Below are positions 8,429 through 17,083 of a DNA stretch of 35,127 nucleotides, in pieces. The stretch is from Planctomycetota bacterium. Lineage in GTDB: Bacteria; Planctomycetota; SZUA-567; H5-PLA8. Location: the NCBI GenBank assembly GCA_038227875.1, contig JBBRPR010000080.1, positions 1-35,127 on the forward strand, given 5' to 3'. Each line of letters begins with the position of its first letter. The first letter of the stretch is position 1. Below the pieces are notes generated by a model, which ran no database searches, had not been told where the DNA came from, and was given only the letters and a program-made list of their open reading frames with translations. A program made the position numbers and the translations under genes.

Positions 8429-10438
8429 ATGACTAGCATCGAATCCACGACATTGCTGATCGACAAGAAACGGGGCTCGGCGTTGTTCTTCGCCCTGGTC
8501 CTGGTCACGATTCTGGCGGCGCTGACGCTCGCGTTCACGGTGCGCATCAAGTGGACGGAAGTGCGCATGGAAAGCGATCTCGCCGGCACACAGGCCGTGC
8601 AGGTTGCGCAGTCCGCCAGCGACTTGAGAGTTCAGGCCATCTGGAAAAATTTCGAGACCCAGCCCACGAATCTTCGCATTGTCTGGCTGGCCGGCGAAGA
8701 TCTCAATGGCAACGGCGCGCTCGATCCCGGCGAAGACATCAACGGCAACGGCAGACTCGATGTCGCCGCGCTCTCCACCTACAGCGACGCCGATTGGATC
8801 ACGACAGGGCACGGACAATCGAAGACCACGTTGTCTGTGATCGGGCGCGACGATCCGAATTTTTGGGTGGATGTGCGCATGGTAACCTCAGCGCGCGTGC
8901 AGGACGCGATGACCGGTCGCTGGACGTCGCGTGAATTCGAACGCGTGGTTCGATTCGGTGTGACCAACGCCAACGTTTTCGATTTCGTCTACTTCGCCAA
9001 TAACTACGGTTGGATGTACGGTAATGCAATTTACATCTACGGCAACATGGGCGCCAATGCCAACATCGGCCTGCAGAGCGGCCCGACGGTCGACGGCATG
9101 ATCTACGCAGCGCAGAACACGGACCTCGGTGCCCTGGGCACCATTAATGGCACGGCCCGCGCTGATACGCTCGATCAATACAAGACTATCGCGACTAGCA
9201 ACCCACTGATGCGTCCAACCAACCCGACCGCCGTCTCTGAAGACGTCAACAACAACGGCGTGCTGAATTCAGGTGAGGACCTCAACGGCAACGGACTGCT
9301 CGATAATTATCCCTACGATCTCGGCTACAGCGGTTTACAGCTACCGATGGCCGGCCAGGACATGCTCGACATGCCGTACCTCGGTGATTTGGGCCTCTAC
9401 AAAAATCTGGCCGGAAATTACGCGCGAAATCCGAATCCGGTCATCGGCGAAGTCTCTGCTGCAAGCGGTGGCATCGTCAAACAACTGAAGGCTCCCGGTC
9501 TTGATCCGACCAAACCGGAAAACTACAACGTCATTGTCAGCGGGATATACGGCAGCCAAACCGGGCAGAATGGAATGTTCTCGACAGTGGACAATGCGGG
9601 TGCTGTCACAGTCACCACGATTCCCGCTCCGTTAAATGCCGGTCGCCAGGAAGCCAACGGCAACCTAGCCCTGATCGGCACCCCGCGGCAACCGATCATC
9701 GTGATGGGACCCGTGGTCGTCACCAATGATCTCGTGATCAAAGGCACCATCACAGGGCAGGGCACGTTTTACGTCGGACGAAACACACACGTCGTCGGCG
9801 ACTTGAACTACGCGAACCCGCCCAGCTGGAAGCAGAACGACACTAATTTCGCCTCCACAGTGGCCACGAACAAGTCCAGTGATGCTGTCGGATTTGCCGC
9901 GAAAGGCAGCGTGGTGCTCGGCAACTACACCGACGCCGCCAGCGGTGCGGACGGCTGGAACACCACGACCCAGTATATGCGTCCTCCGTTCACGCAGGCC
10001 TATCCGGTCGATGCCACGGACTCTGTCAACGGTTACATCACAGGCCACAATGCCAGCGGCAACCCCACGTTCCATGGCGACTACACACAACTCGATGGCA
10101 GCTCGAAATTCGCCGAAGCGGCAAACCTCCATGCCACGGCTCGCAAGTATTACGAATCCACTTTCTCGGACGCGTACATCGCTTCGATCGCTTCCAAGCC
10201 GACGTCGGTTCATGGCGCGTTCTACACCAATCACTACCTCGGTGGCCGCGTCAACCAGCCCACGTTCTACGGCAGCATCACGATGCGCGATGAAGGCATC
10301 GTCTTCGACGGGTCCATCCGCTTTTCCTACGACCCGCGGCTGTCGCAAAAATCGCAGAGTTCCTTTGTCGAACTGTTCCTCCCACGGCAGCCGATGTACC
10401 GCACCCTGCTGTGGCGTGAAATCCCGGCGGTGGACTGA
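8429..10438 (+). CDS. Large PilX/GspK-like minor pilin with tandem DxNGNG loops (669 aa)
   Basis: KKRG/SALFFALVLVTIL (no E5, typical of PilX); EDLNGNGALDPGEDINGNGRLD and EDVNNNGVLNSGEDLNGNGLLD; G/N-rich beta-type C-terminus ending SYDPRL...LLWRE. Confidence 0.8.
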   Translation: MTSIESTTLLIDKKRGSALFFALVLVTILAALTLAFTVRIKWTEVRMESDLAGTQAVQVAQSASDLRVQAIWKNFETQPTNLRIVWLAGEDLNGNGALDPGEDINGNGRLDVAALSTYSDADWITTGHGQSKTTLSVIGRDDPNFWVDVRMVTSARVQDAMTGRWTSREFERVVRFGVTNANVFDFVYFANNYGWMYGNAIYIYGNMGANANIGLQSGPTVDGMIYAAQNTDLGALGTINGTARADTLDQYKTIATSNPLMRPTNPTAVSEDVNNNGVLNSGEDLNGNGLLDNYPYDLGYSGLQLPMAGQDMLDMPYLGDLGLYKNLAGNYARNPNPVIGEVSAASGGIVKQLKAPGLDPTKPENYNVIVSGIYGSQTGQNGMFSTVDNAGAVTVTTIPAPLNAGRQEANGNLALIGTPRQPIIVMGPVVVTNDLVIKGTITGQGTFYVGRNTHVVGDLNYANPPSWKQNDTNFASTVATNKSSDAVGFAAKGSVVLGNYTDAASGADGWNTTTQYMRPPFTQAYPVDATDSVNGYITGHNASGNPTFHGDYTQLDGSSKFAEAANLHATARKYYESTFSDAYIASIASKPTSVHGAFYTNHYLGGRVNQPTFYGSITMRDEGIVFDGSIRFSYDPRLSQKSQSSFVELFLPRQPMYRTLLWREIPAVD

Positions 10439-10451
10439 GGACGGTGTCATC

Positions 10452-10940
10452 ATGCTGACGCGCTTACTGTTTTGCCTGCTGTTCGTCTGCGCCGTGCCGG
10501 TGCTCCAGGCTGCTGTCTCGTCCGGTGGAACTGACGCCGAACAACAACGACTGTCCATCGAGGCCGCTCGCAACGAACGCATGAACATGGTCTCGAGCAA
10601 TCGAGTCGCCAGAGAAAATGCCGACGCGCTGAACCTCGTGCGGGAGCAGCAGCTGCTCGACCTGCGCAAAGCGCCCCTGGCCCTGCCCACGTCGGCTGCA
10701 GTTTCCGTCAGCCCCATCCAACGGCGAAATTCGGGAATGATGGTGTTTGGCGGGATCGTGTTTCTAATCGCGGTCGTCGGCGTCGCCGCAGCCATCGTGG
10801 CCCGGCGCCAGATCGCGGAACGCGACCGCGTGCGGCGGATGATCCGCCACATTCCTCTCGCGCCGAGCATCCTGATGCTCAATCACTTGAACGACGTGGA
10901 GACAGTACCGGAAACGGCCGGCGATAAGGCGGGAATATAG
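10452..10940 (+). CDS. Hypothetical protein with signal peptide and C-terminal transmembrane helix (162 aa)
   Basis: MLTRLLFCLLFVCAVPVLQA; helical region; TM segment MMVFGGIVFLIAVVGVAAAIVA followed by RR. Sits in the operon and its stop overlaps the next start. Confidence 0.7.
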   Translation: MLTRLLFCLLFVCAVPVLQAAVSSGGTDAEQQRLSIEAARNERMNMVSSNRVARENADALNLVREQQLLDLRKAPLALPTSAAVSVSPIQRRNSGMMVFGGIVFLIAVVGVAAAIVARRQIAERDRVRRMIRHIPLAPSILMLNHLNDVETVPETAGDKAGI

Positions 10941-13213
10941 TGGCGATTGAATTTGAACGCAGCGCTGCGGGCTTGGCGCAGAAGTCTACGCGAACTCCCG
11001 CGGATTACGTCCGGCAGCTGGAGGATCAGCGGCACCTGCTCACGCCCCTGTTGCGGATTCTGGTTCAGAAGAAGCCCATTCACGCGGCAGATGGGATGGC
11101 CGCGATCTCTGCAAGCCTGCGCAAAGTCAGTGACACGGTACAGGCACAGATGGGCGCTTTTCTGATGGGATCTCCGGAACGACACGAGTTGCAAGTCGTG
11201 GGCGTAGCGCTTTCTTCGCGGTTATTACAGCGCAGTGGCACCCGGACGCAGGAGGATTTGGATAACCTGACTGTGCGGTTGCAGAATCACCCCTTGAGCG
11301 CGAAGGGCTGCGCGGAAGCTCATGCAATCGCGACCGGCATTCTGTGTTGTAATTCCGGTGTCCCCTCCTGCTTCAATGACACCCTTGTCGGCCTGGGGTA
11401 TCCCGTGCAGTCGTTGCTGGTGGCGCCGGTCAAAGGTGGTGGCTCGCACGCGGTAGGGTGCGCCACATTTCTCAACCGCTATGCCAACGACCGCCAGTTC
11501 ACCCACTTTTCGGACGAAGACCTCGCCCTCGTCGAGAGTTTCGCCCGTCACAGCGGTCGCGTAATGGCACGCGTGCTTGAACCGCACACGCCGCTGAACG
11601 ATCACGAACTGGCCGGATACTTCGCGCGTCTGGCGAAGTGCGAATTGATCACCGATCTAAAGCCGGATCTGGCGTTGGTCTCGGCCATTGGCGCGGAGAA
11701 GCTTCGCAGGCATCTCGTCATTCCGCTGGGCAAGTCCGGCTCCACAGCCATCCGTGCCGCGCTCGTCAATCCTTTGGACTTCCAGCGCATCAGCGATTTT
11801 GAAGCGGACGTCGGCCTGCGCATCGAAGAGCGCTGCGTTGCCTCCGAATCCGATATCCGGCAGGCGCTCGAGCATGCATCGCCGCAGAGCTCCCGCGTCT
11901 CGCTGGTGGCCGAACGCATCAGCAAGGAATTCACGGAGATCGTTCCCGACGAGTCGGCGTTCGGCAACGAGAGCAACGAAAACTCCGCGCTGATCATCAA
12001 CCTGGCCAACCGCATCATCGAGGACGCCTTCCAGCTCGGTGCCAGCGACATCCATGTCGAACCAGCCGAGACCAAGCTGGTGATCCGCTACCGCATCGAC
12101 GGCGTCTGCCGCAACAAGCTCTCGCTGCCCTACGCCGCGCACCGGCCGCTGGTGACGCGCCTGAAAATCATGAGCGATCTGGATATCGCCGAACATCGCC
12201 TGCCGCAGGACGGCAAGATTACGTTCAAAAAATTCAGCCCGAAGTACGATGTCGACCTGCGCGTCTCTGTCGCGCCCATGGCTCACGGCGAAGCGGTGGT
12301 GCTGCGTTTGCTGGACAAACAGAAGTCGATGCTGCCCCTCGATCGCCTCGGATTTTCGGACTACAACTTGAAGCTCTACCGCAACATGCTCGCCGCGCCT
12401 TACGGCATGATCCTGCACTGCGGGCCCACGGGCTCGGGCAAGTCGATGACGCTCTACGCGGCGTTGAATGAAATCAACACGCCCGAGTTGAAAGTGCTCA
12501 CCGCCGAAGACCCGATCGAATACACGCTGCCGGGCATCAACCAGCTTCAGGTCAAACGCGACATCGGCCTGACTTTCGCCTCGGCGCTGCGCTGCTTCCT
12601 GCGTCAGGATCCCGACATCATCCTCGTCGGCGAAATCCGCGACAAGGAAACCGCGGAAATCGCCACCGAAGCCGCGCTGACCGGGCACATTCTTTTCTCG
12701 ACGCTGCACACCAACGACGCCTGTTCAACTGTGCTGCGCCTGGGTGAAATCGGTGTCGAATCGTTCCTGATCGCCTCGACGCTGGTCGGCATCTGCGCCC
12801 AGCGCCTGGTACGGCGGCTCTGCTCGTGCAAACAGGATGTGGACGTGACCAGCGACCAGCGGGACCTGCTCCGCCGTGGCACCCGCAACGGACCGCTCGG
12901 CCGGATTTTTGGCCCGGGCGGTTGCGAGAAATGCGAGCAGAGCGGCTACAAGGGCCGCACCGGAGTCCACGAACTGCTGCACGTCACCGATGAACTCCGC
13001 GAGCTGATCAATCGGGGCGTCAATACCGAAACTCTGAAACACAATGCGCGTCGCCTGGGCATGCGCACGCTGTTTGAAGATGTCATGGAAAAAGTGAACG
13101 CCGGCATTACGTCGCTGCCGGAAGCTCTCACCACCGTCTGGCCGGATGAAGAACCGCCGGAGACGTTTGTAAAGGACAACTCAAAGACCCAAGGGGCAGG
13201 AGGCATATCATGA
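10940..13213 (+). CDS. PilB/GspE-family secretion ATPase with N-terminal GAF-like domain
   Basis: ASDIHVEP, RYRIDG, DIAEHRLPQDG, Walker A GPTGSGKS, EDPIEY, LRQDPDIILVGEIRD, STLHTND, Zn site RLCSC...GCEKC. N-terminal SLLVAPV...VGCATFLNR...FSDEDLALVESFA is GAF-like. Confidence 0.92.
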   Translation: MAIEFERSAAGLAQKSTRTPADYVRQLEDQRHLLTPLLRILVQKKPIHAADGMAAISASLRKVSDTVQAQMGAFLMGSPERHELQVVGVALSSRLLQRSGTRTQEDLDNLTVRLQNHPLSAKGCAEAHAIATGILCCNSGVPSCFNDTLVGLGYPVQSLLVAPVKGGGSHAVGCATFLNRYANDRQFTHFSDEDLALVESFARHSGRVMARVLEPHTPLNDHELAGYFARLAKCELITDLKPDLALVSAIGAEKLRRHLVIPLGKSGSTAIRAALVNPLDFQRISDFEADVGLRIEERCVASESDIRQALEHASPQSSRVSLVAERISKEFTEIVPDESAFGNESNENSALIINLANRIIEDAFQLGASDIHVEPAETKLVIRYRIDGVCRNKLSLPYAAHRPLVTRLKIMSDLDIAEHRLPQDGKITFKKFSPKYDVDLRVSVAPMAHGEAVVLRLLDKQKSMLPLDRLGFSDYNLKLYRNMLAAPYGMILHCGPTGSGKSMTLYAALNEINTPELKVLTAEDPIEYTLPGINQLQVKRDIGLTFASALRCFLRQDPDIILVGEIRDKETAEIATEAALTGHILFSTLHTNDACSTVLRLGEIGVESFLIASTLVGICAQRLVRRLCSCKQDVDVTSDQRDLLRRGTRNGPLGRIFGPGGCEKCEQSGYKGRTGVHELLHVTDELRELINRGVNTETLKHNARRLGMRTLFEDVMEKVNAGITSLPEALTTVWPDEEPPETFVKDNSKTQGAGGIS

Positions 13214-14568
13214 CCGCAGAACTTCGAAAAGCCATTCGGCTGCATGTGGATAAAGGTGTCGCGGTGCTGCGTTACTCCGGTTGCCCACCGTTCGCCTGCC
13301 CGCTGCAGGATTTAAGCGACAGTGGTTGCCAGTGCGAAGTGTCACTGGACAGCATCGATGCGGAAACGGCCAGGCAGTGGACTGCGCTGCTCAAGCCCGG
13401 ACTGCGGCTGAGCGTGAACATCACGCGCCCCCCGGCATTCGTCAGCTTTGAATTGATGGGTGATTTGACCCACGTCGAAGCCATGGGGCCACACAAGCTG
13501 AACCTGGGCATCCGCTTCCTGCCCATCAACAGCCAGGTCGACCTGCTGAAAAAGGGCGTGCTGGCCATCGCGATGGAGAAACTGCAGACACCCACCTCGA
13601 CGTTGCCGACGGGAGAACCGTCTGGCGATTCCGACCTGGTGGTCTCCGACGCCCATCATCCCCACGATGCGGCGCAAGCGGGAAAACCCGCGGGTGAGCA
13701 CATCCATCATCACAAGAACCCGCCGCTCAGCGATATTCTCGTGGATCGCGGCCGGCTGACCAAGGCCGCCGCTCACGCGGCGCACAAGGAAGCCACGGCA
13801 ACGAACACCAGCATCACGCGCTTCCTGATCAAGAATCGTTCCGTGAAGCCCCTGGATCTCTGCCAGGCGCTGGCGATTCAGTCCGGGCTGCCCACCACGC
13901 GGCTGGAGGGCGTGGACGTTCCCCTGGCGCTGCGCAAGGTCTTCTCTTTCCTGACCATGCAGCGCTACGAAATCGTGCCGTTCTCGGAATCCCGTGAGAT
14001 GATGTGCATCGCTGCCGCGCATCCACTCACCGACATGGCTCGCATGGAACTGGAGAAACTGGCCAAGCGCAATCTGCTGGTCTTCCTGGCCCCGATCGAT
14101 CAGATCCAGGATCTCCAATTCCGGATCCGGCCGCGCGGACCCAACCAGGAACGCCGCCATGCGCGCGTCAAGATTGCCGTTCACGCCGACTATCAATTCT
14201 GCGACGAGCACGGTGTAAATCTCGACGAGACTGTGCGCGAAGGCATCGTGGAGAACATGAGCGATGGCGGCTTCCTTATCGTCGGCCCTGTCGAGACGGC
14301 GCATTCAGCCAACGAATTGGTGCGGCAGGGTTCCTGCCTGCGTATCGGTTTCCTCTGTGGAGAACGATCGATTCACGCCATCTGCAAGATCCGCCACATT
14401 GAACCGGCACCAGCGGTTCCAGAAGGTGGCCAGAAGCAGTGGCATTTCGGCCTGGAGATCGCCCAGGTGGAACCGGAAGACCTGAACCAGTTGAAGGACG
14501 CCTGCGCCCGCTCGACGATGGACCAGATGAAGAAGCGCAGCCGTGGCTTCAATCCCGACGAGCAGTAA
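13210..14568 (+). CDS. PilZ - MshEN(T2SSE_N)-like - PilZ domain protein, probable c-di-GMP receptor
   Basis: N-terminal RKAIR...DLSDSG and C-terminal RRHAR...NMSDGG match PilZ RxxxR and D/NxSxxG. Central LSDILVDRGRLT...LCQALAIQSGLP...RYEIVPF...IAAAHPL resembles the GspE N-terminal MshEN domain. ATGA overlap with the ATPase. Confidence 0.75.
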   Translation: MTAELRKAIRLHVDKGVAVLRYSGCPPFACPLQDLSDSGCQCEVSLDSIDAETARQWTALLKPGLRLSVNITRPPAFVSFELMGDLTHVEAMGPHKLNLGIRFLPINSQVDLLKKGVLAIAMEKLQTPTSTLPTGEPSGDSDLVVSDAHHPHDAAQAGKPAGEHIHHHKNPPLSDILVDRGRLTKAAAHAAHKEATATNTSITRFLIKNRSVKPLDLCQALAIQSGLPTTRLEGVDVPLALRKVFSFLTMQRYEIVPFSESREMMCIAAAHPLTDMARMELEKLAKRNLLVFLAPIDQIQDLQFRIRPRGPNQERRHARVKIAVHADYQFCDEHGVNLDETVREGIVENMSDGGFLIVGPVETAHSANELVRQGSCLRIGFLCGERSIHAICKIRHIEPAPAVPEGGQKQWHFGLEIAQVEPEDLNQLKDACARSTMDQMKKRSRGFNPDEQ

Positions 14569-14591
14569 GCAAAAGTTGTGTCCTGGAAACA

Positions 14592-14619
14592 AAACAGCCC
14601 GCGTTCCCGCGGGCTGTTT
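14592..14619. terminator. Bidirectional intrinsic terminator between the pilus operon and metK
   Basis: AAACAGCCCGCG-TTCC-CGCGGGCTGTTT perfect 12-bp stem between convergent genes, with A/T tracts on both sides. Confidence 0.85.
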
Positions 14620-14641
14620 CGTTGTTCGAGGAGCCGGATCG

Positions 14642-15856
14642 TTACTTGCGCTTCACCAGCTTCTTGCTGGTGCTGCCGACGCCGACGATCACCTTGCGGT
14701 GTGCGTCTGCCTTCAGCGCCTCGGCCTTGTCCGTCTTCTCCCAGGTGAAGTTCGGGAGGTTGCGGCCGAAGTGGCCATTGCGGGCCGTTTCCAGGTAGAT
14801 CGGGCGGCGCAGGTTCAGGTGTTCGATGATCGCGCGCGGGCGGAAGTCGAAGTGCTTGCGCACCAGCTTCGAAATCTGCTCTTCGTCGATCTTCGACGTA
14901 CCCTTGGTGTCAACCAGCACGCTCACCGGTTCGGCGACGCCAATCGCGTACGCGACCTGGACCTGGGCTTCTTCGGCCAGGTCGGCGGCGACGATGTTCT
15001 TGGCGACGTAGCGGGCGAAGTACGCGGCGCTGCGGTCGACCTTCGTCGGATCCTTGCCCGAGAACGCGCCTCCGCCGTGCGGGGCGTAGCCGCCGTACGT
15101 GTCGACGATGATCTTGCGTCCGGTCAGTCCGCAGTCGCCGTGCGGTCCGCCGATTTCAAAGCGGCCCGTCGGGTTGACGTGGTAGATCGTGTCCTTGTCG
15201 AGCAACGCGGCGGGAATCGACTTCTTGACGATCTTTTCGATCGTGTCGCGCTTGAGCACGTCCTGCTTGCTGTTCATTTCCGGCGTGTGCTGCAGGCTGA
15301 CGACGACGGTGTGCACGCGGACCGGCTTGCGGCCCTCGTATTCGATCGTGACCTGGCACTTGCCGTCCGGGCGCAGGTACTTGAGTTCGCCGCTGCGGCG
15401 AATGTCAAAGGCGCGTTCGGAGATGGCGTGGGCCAGCGAGATCGGCAGCGGCATCAGCGACTTGGTGTCGCGGTTGGCGTAGCCAAACATCATGCCCTGG
15501 TCGCCGGCGCCCATTTCCTTCTTGGGGCCTTCGTCGACACCGCGGGCAATGTCCGCCGACTGGCGGTCGAGCGAGACCATCACGGCGCACGAATTGGCGT
15601 CAAAGCCCATCCGCGGGTCCACGTATCCAATATCGCTGACCACTTTGCGAACGATATCGGGGATGTGGACGTACGTGTTGGTGGTGACTTCACCGGCGAT
15701 GACCGCGACTCCGGTCGTGACCAGCGTTTCGCAGGCCACGCGCGACAGCGGGTCGTCTTTCAACATCGCGTCGAGAATGGCGTCCGAGATCTGATCGGCG
15801 ACCTTGTCCGGATGACCCGGAAACACGGACTCCGATGTAAACAGCGTGCGAGACAT
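14642..15856 (-). CDS. metK: S-adenosylmethionine synthetase
   Basis: [64 protein letters not shown]. Confidence 0.97.
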   Translation of the reverse strand: MSRTLFTSESVFPGHPDKVADQISDAILDAMLKDDPLSRVACETLVTTGVAVIAGEVTTNTYVHIPDIVRKVVSDIGYVDPRMGFDANSCAVMVSLDRQSADIARGVDEGPKKEMGAGDQGMMFGYANRDTKSLMPLPISLAHAISERAFDIRRSGELKYLRPDGKCQVTIEYEGRKPVRVHTVVVSLQHTPEMNSKQDVLKRDTIEKIVKKSIPAALLDKDTIYHVNPTGRFEIGGPHGDCGLTGRKIIVDTYGGYAPHGGGAFSGKDPTKVDRSAAYFARYVAKNIVAADLAEEAQVQVAYAIGVAEPVSVLVDTKGTSKIDEEQISKLVRKHFDFRPRAIIEHLNLRRPIYLETARNGHFGRNLPNFTWEKTDKAEALKADAHRKVIVGVGSTSKKLVKRK

Positions 15857-15990
15857 GTTGCTCCCTTCATTTGTACGGGTGAGTGATCGGGATTGCGGCA
15901 ACTTCACCGCGCCTCACCAAAGGAGAAAACTGCCAGCCGGTATCCAGACCTCCCCCATCCGGAACGGCTTCCTGCAACACGCAGGGTTAC
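15857..15990 (-). ncRNA. Structured 5' leader of metK, candidate translational riboswitch
   Basis: Several stems plus an anti-SD (CUCCUUU) that can pair either with the SD or with a G-rich hairpin loop; details in findings. Confidence 0.55.
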
Positions 15991-16073
15991 GAACCGTAAA
16001 AATTCCGCGTGGCAGGCTTGAAACAAATTAGCCCTTTGCCGGCGCTGAATAGTTCACGGCTCGAAATTTGGTC

Positions 16074-16898
16074 TTACAATACCAGGTCCAGAGTTTGTGC
16101 GGCGTAGTGATGGCTGGCGACCACCTGCTGTGCCAGCGTCTTGCTGCCCTTCTCGAGTTCCACCGTTGCCCAGCCGGAGAATTCAGCGGCCAGCAGCGTG
16201 TCTACGAACTCTTCAAGGTCCAGCATGCCCTTCCCGAGTTCGACGGTCTGGAACTTGGAATCTTCGCCCTTTTTCTTTTTTCCGGTCGCAGGCTTGATGT
16301 CGCGCAAATGGACCGCGCCGATGCGCTTCTTGTGTTCCTTGATGAACTTCGCGGCGGGAATCTCGGCCTGCGCCAGGAACCCGACGTCCACGCACAATCG
16401 CATCGCGCTGGCGTCGGAATGTTCGATGAATTTCTCGAGCGACTTCTGATCGTAGACCAGCGTGCCGATCTCCGGATGGAGGCAGGCCATGATCCCGAGC
16501 TCTTCGGTCCGGCGCGCAATTTCGCCGTACGCCGTGGCCACGGGGATCAGGTCCGTTTCGTCTTCGATCGGCTGATCGGGATTCGGGCGCGGCGGCATCA
16601 GCGTCAGAATCTTGGCATTCGCGGACTTCAGGAAGCGGACGATGTTGAGGCTGCGTTCGACTTCCTCTTCCAGGCTCATCCCCGGCCACATCGCGCCGCC
16701 GGAAGTGATCGCCACCAGATGCATCTGGTGCTGGACGAGAATTTCGTTGAATACCTCGACCCGGTCCTCGAATTGTTCGACGACGCCGGTCGTGGTCTCA
16801 ATGCCTTTAAAGCCCGCCTTTTCAATGTCGGAAAGCGCATTGATAAAGCGATCATCGCCCCACGCGGAGGTGTGGCAAGCCAGTTCAATGTCGGCCAT
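16074..16898 (-). CDS. Sugar phosphate isomerase/epimerase (IolE-like TIM barrel)
   Basis: AGFKGIE, CLHPEIGT, LCVDVGF, AVHLRDI, ELGKGMLD, GWATVELE. Confidence 0.85.
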   Translation of the reverse strand: MADIELACHTSAWGDDRFINALSDIEKAGFKGIETTTGVVEQFEDRVEVFNEILVQHQMHLVAITSGGAMWPGMSLEEEVERSLNIVRFLKSANAKILTLMPPRPNPDQPIEDETDLIPVATAYGEIARRTEELGIMACLHPEIGTLVYDQKSLEKFIEHSDASAMRLCVDVGFLAQAEIPAAKFIKEHKKRIGAVHLRDIKPATGKKKKGEDSKFQTVELGKGMLDLEEFVDTLLAAEFSGWATVELEKGSKTLAQQVVASHHYAAQTLDLVL

Positions 16899-17083
16899 AA
16901 ATTGGATTTAATTCCTGATGTGGAACACTTCGACTTTGCGGGCTGACATCGAATTTTCGCTGCCAGACTTCGCGATGGCAGTCTGTTGCCCGCTTCACCT
17001 TACGCCATGCCCGGAACTATAGCGCCAGCGGTCTTTTAGCGCTACTGCTCTTTATACGGGCGTCCGCCTTGCAGTTCCTTGAA

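Noticed and set aside
7715..8818. 367-aa antisense ORF, and similar long shadows such as 9665..10882, 11657..12709, 13342..14304, 14543..15886, 20727..22259 and 23942..25549
   Set aside because: They overlap well-supported genes on the opposite strand; long stop-free shadow frames are expected at high GC.
9879..10451. Upstream extension of the 353-aa ORF
   Set aside because: Out-of-frame overlap with the PilX-like gene; the real start is the signal-peptide ATG at 10452.
15820..15850. MetK motif [11 protein letters not shown] instead of SESVTEGHPDK
   Set aside because: The variable positions differ among MetK proteins and all key motifs are intact.
15890..15935. Plus-strand fragments resembling SAM-I (CGGCAAC) or glycine riboswitch (CACCAAAGGAG) motifs
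   Set aside because: Wrong strand for metK, and the remaining consensus elements are missing.
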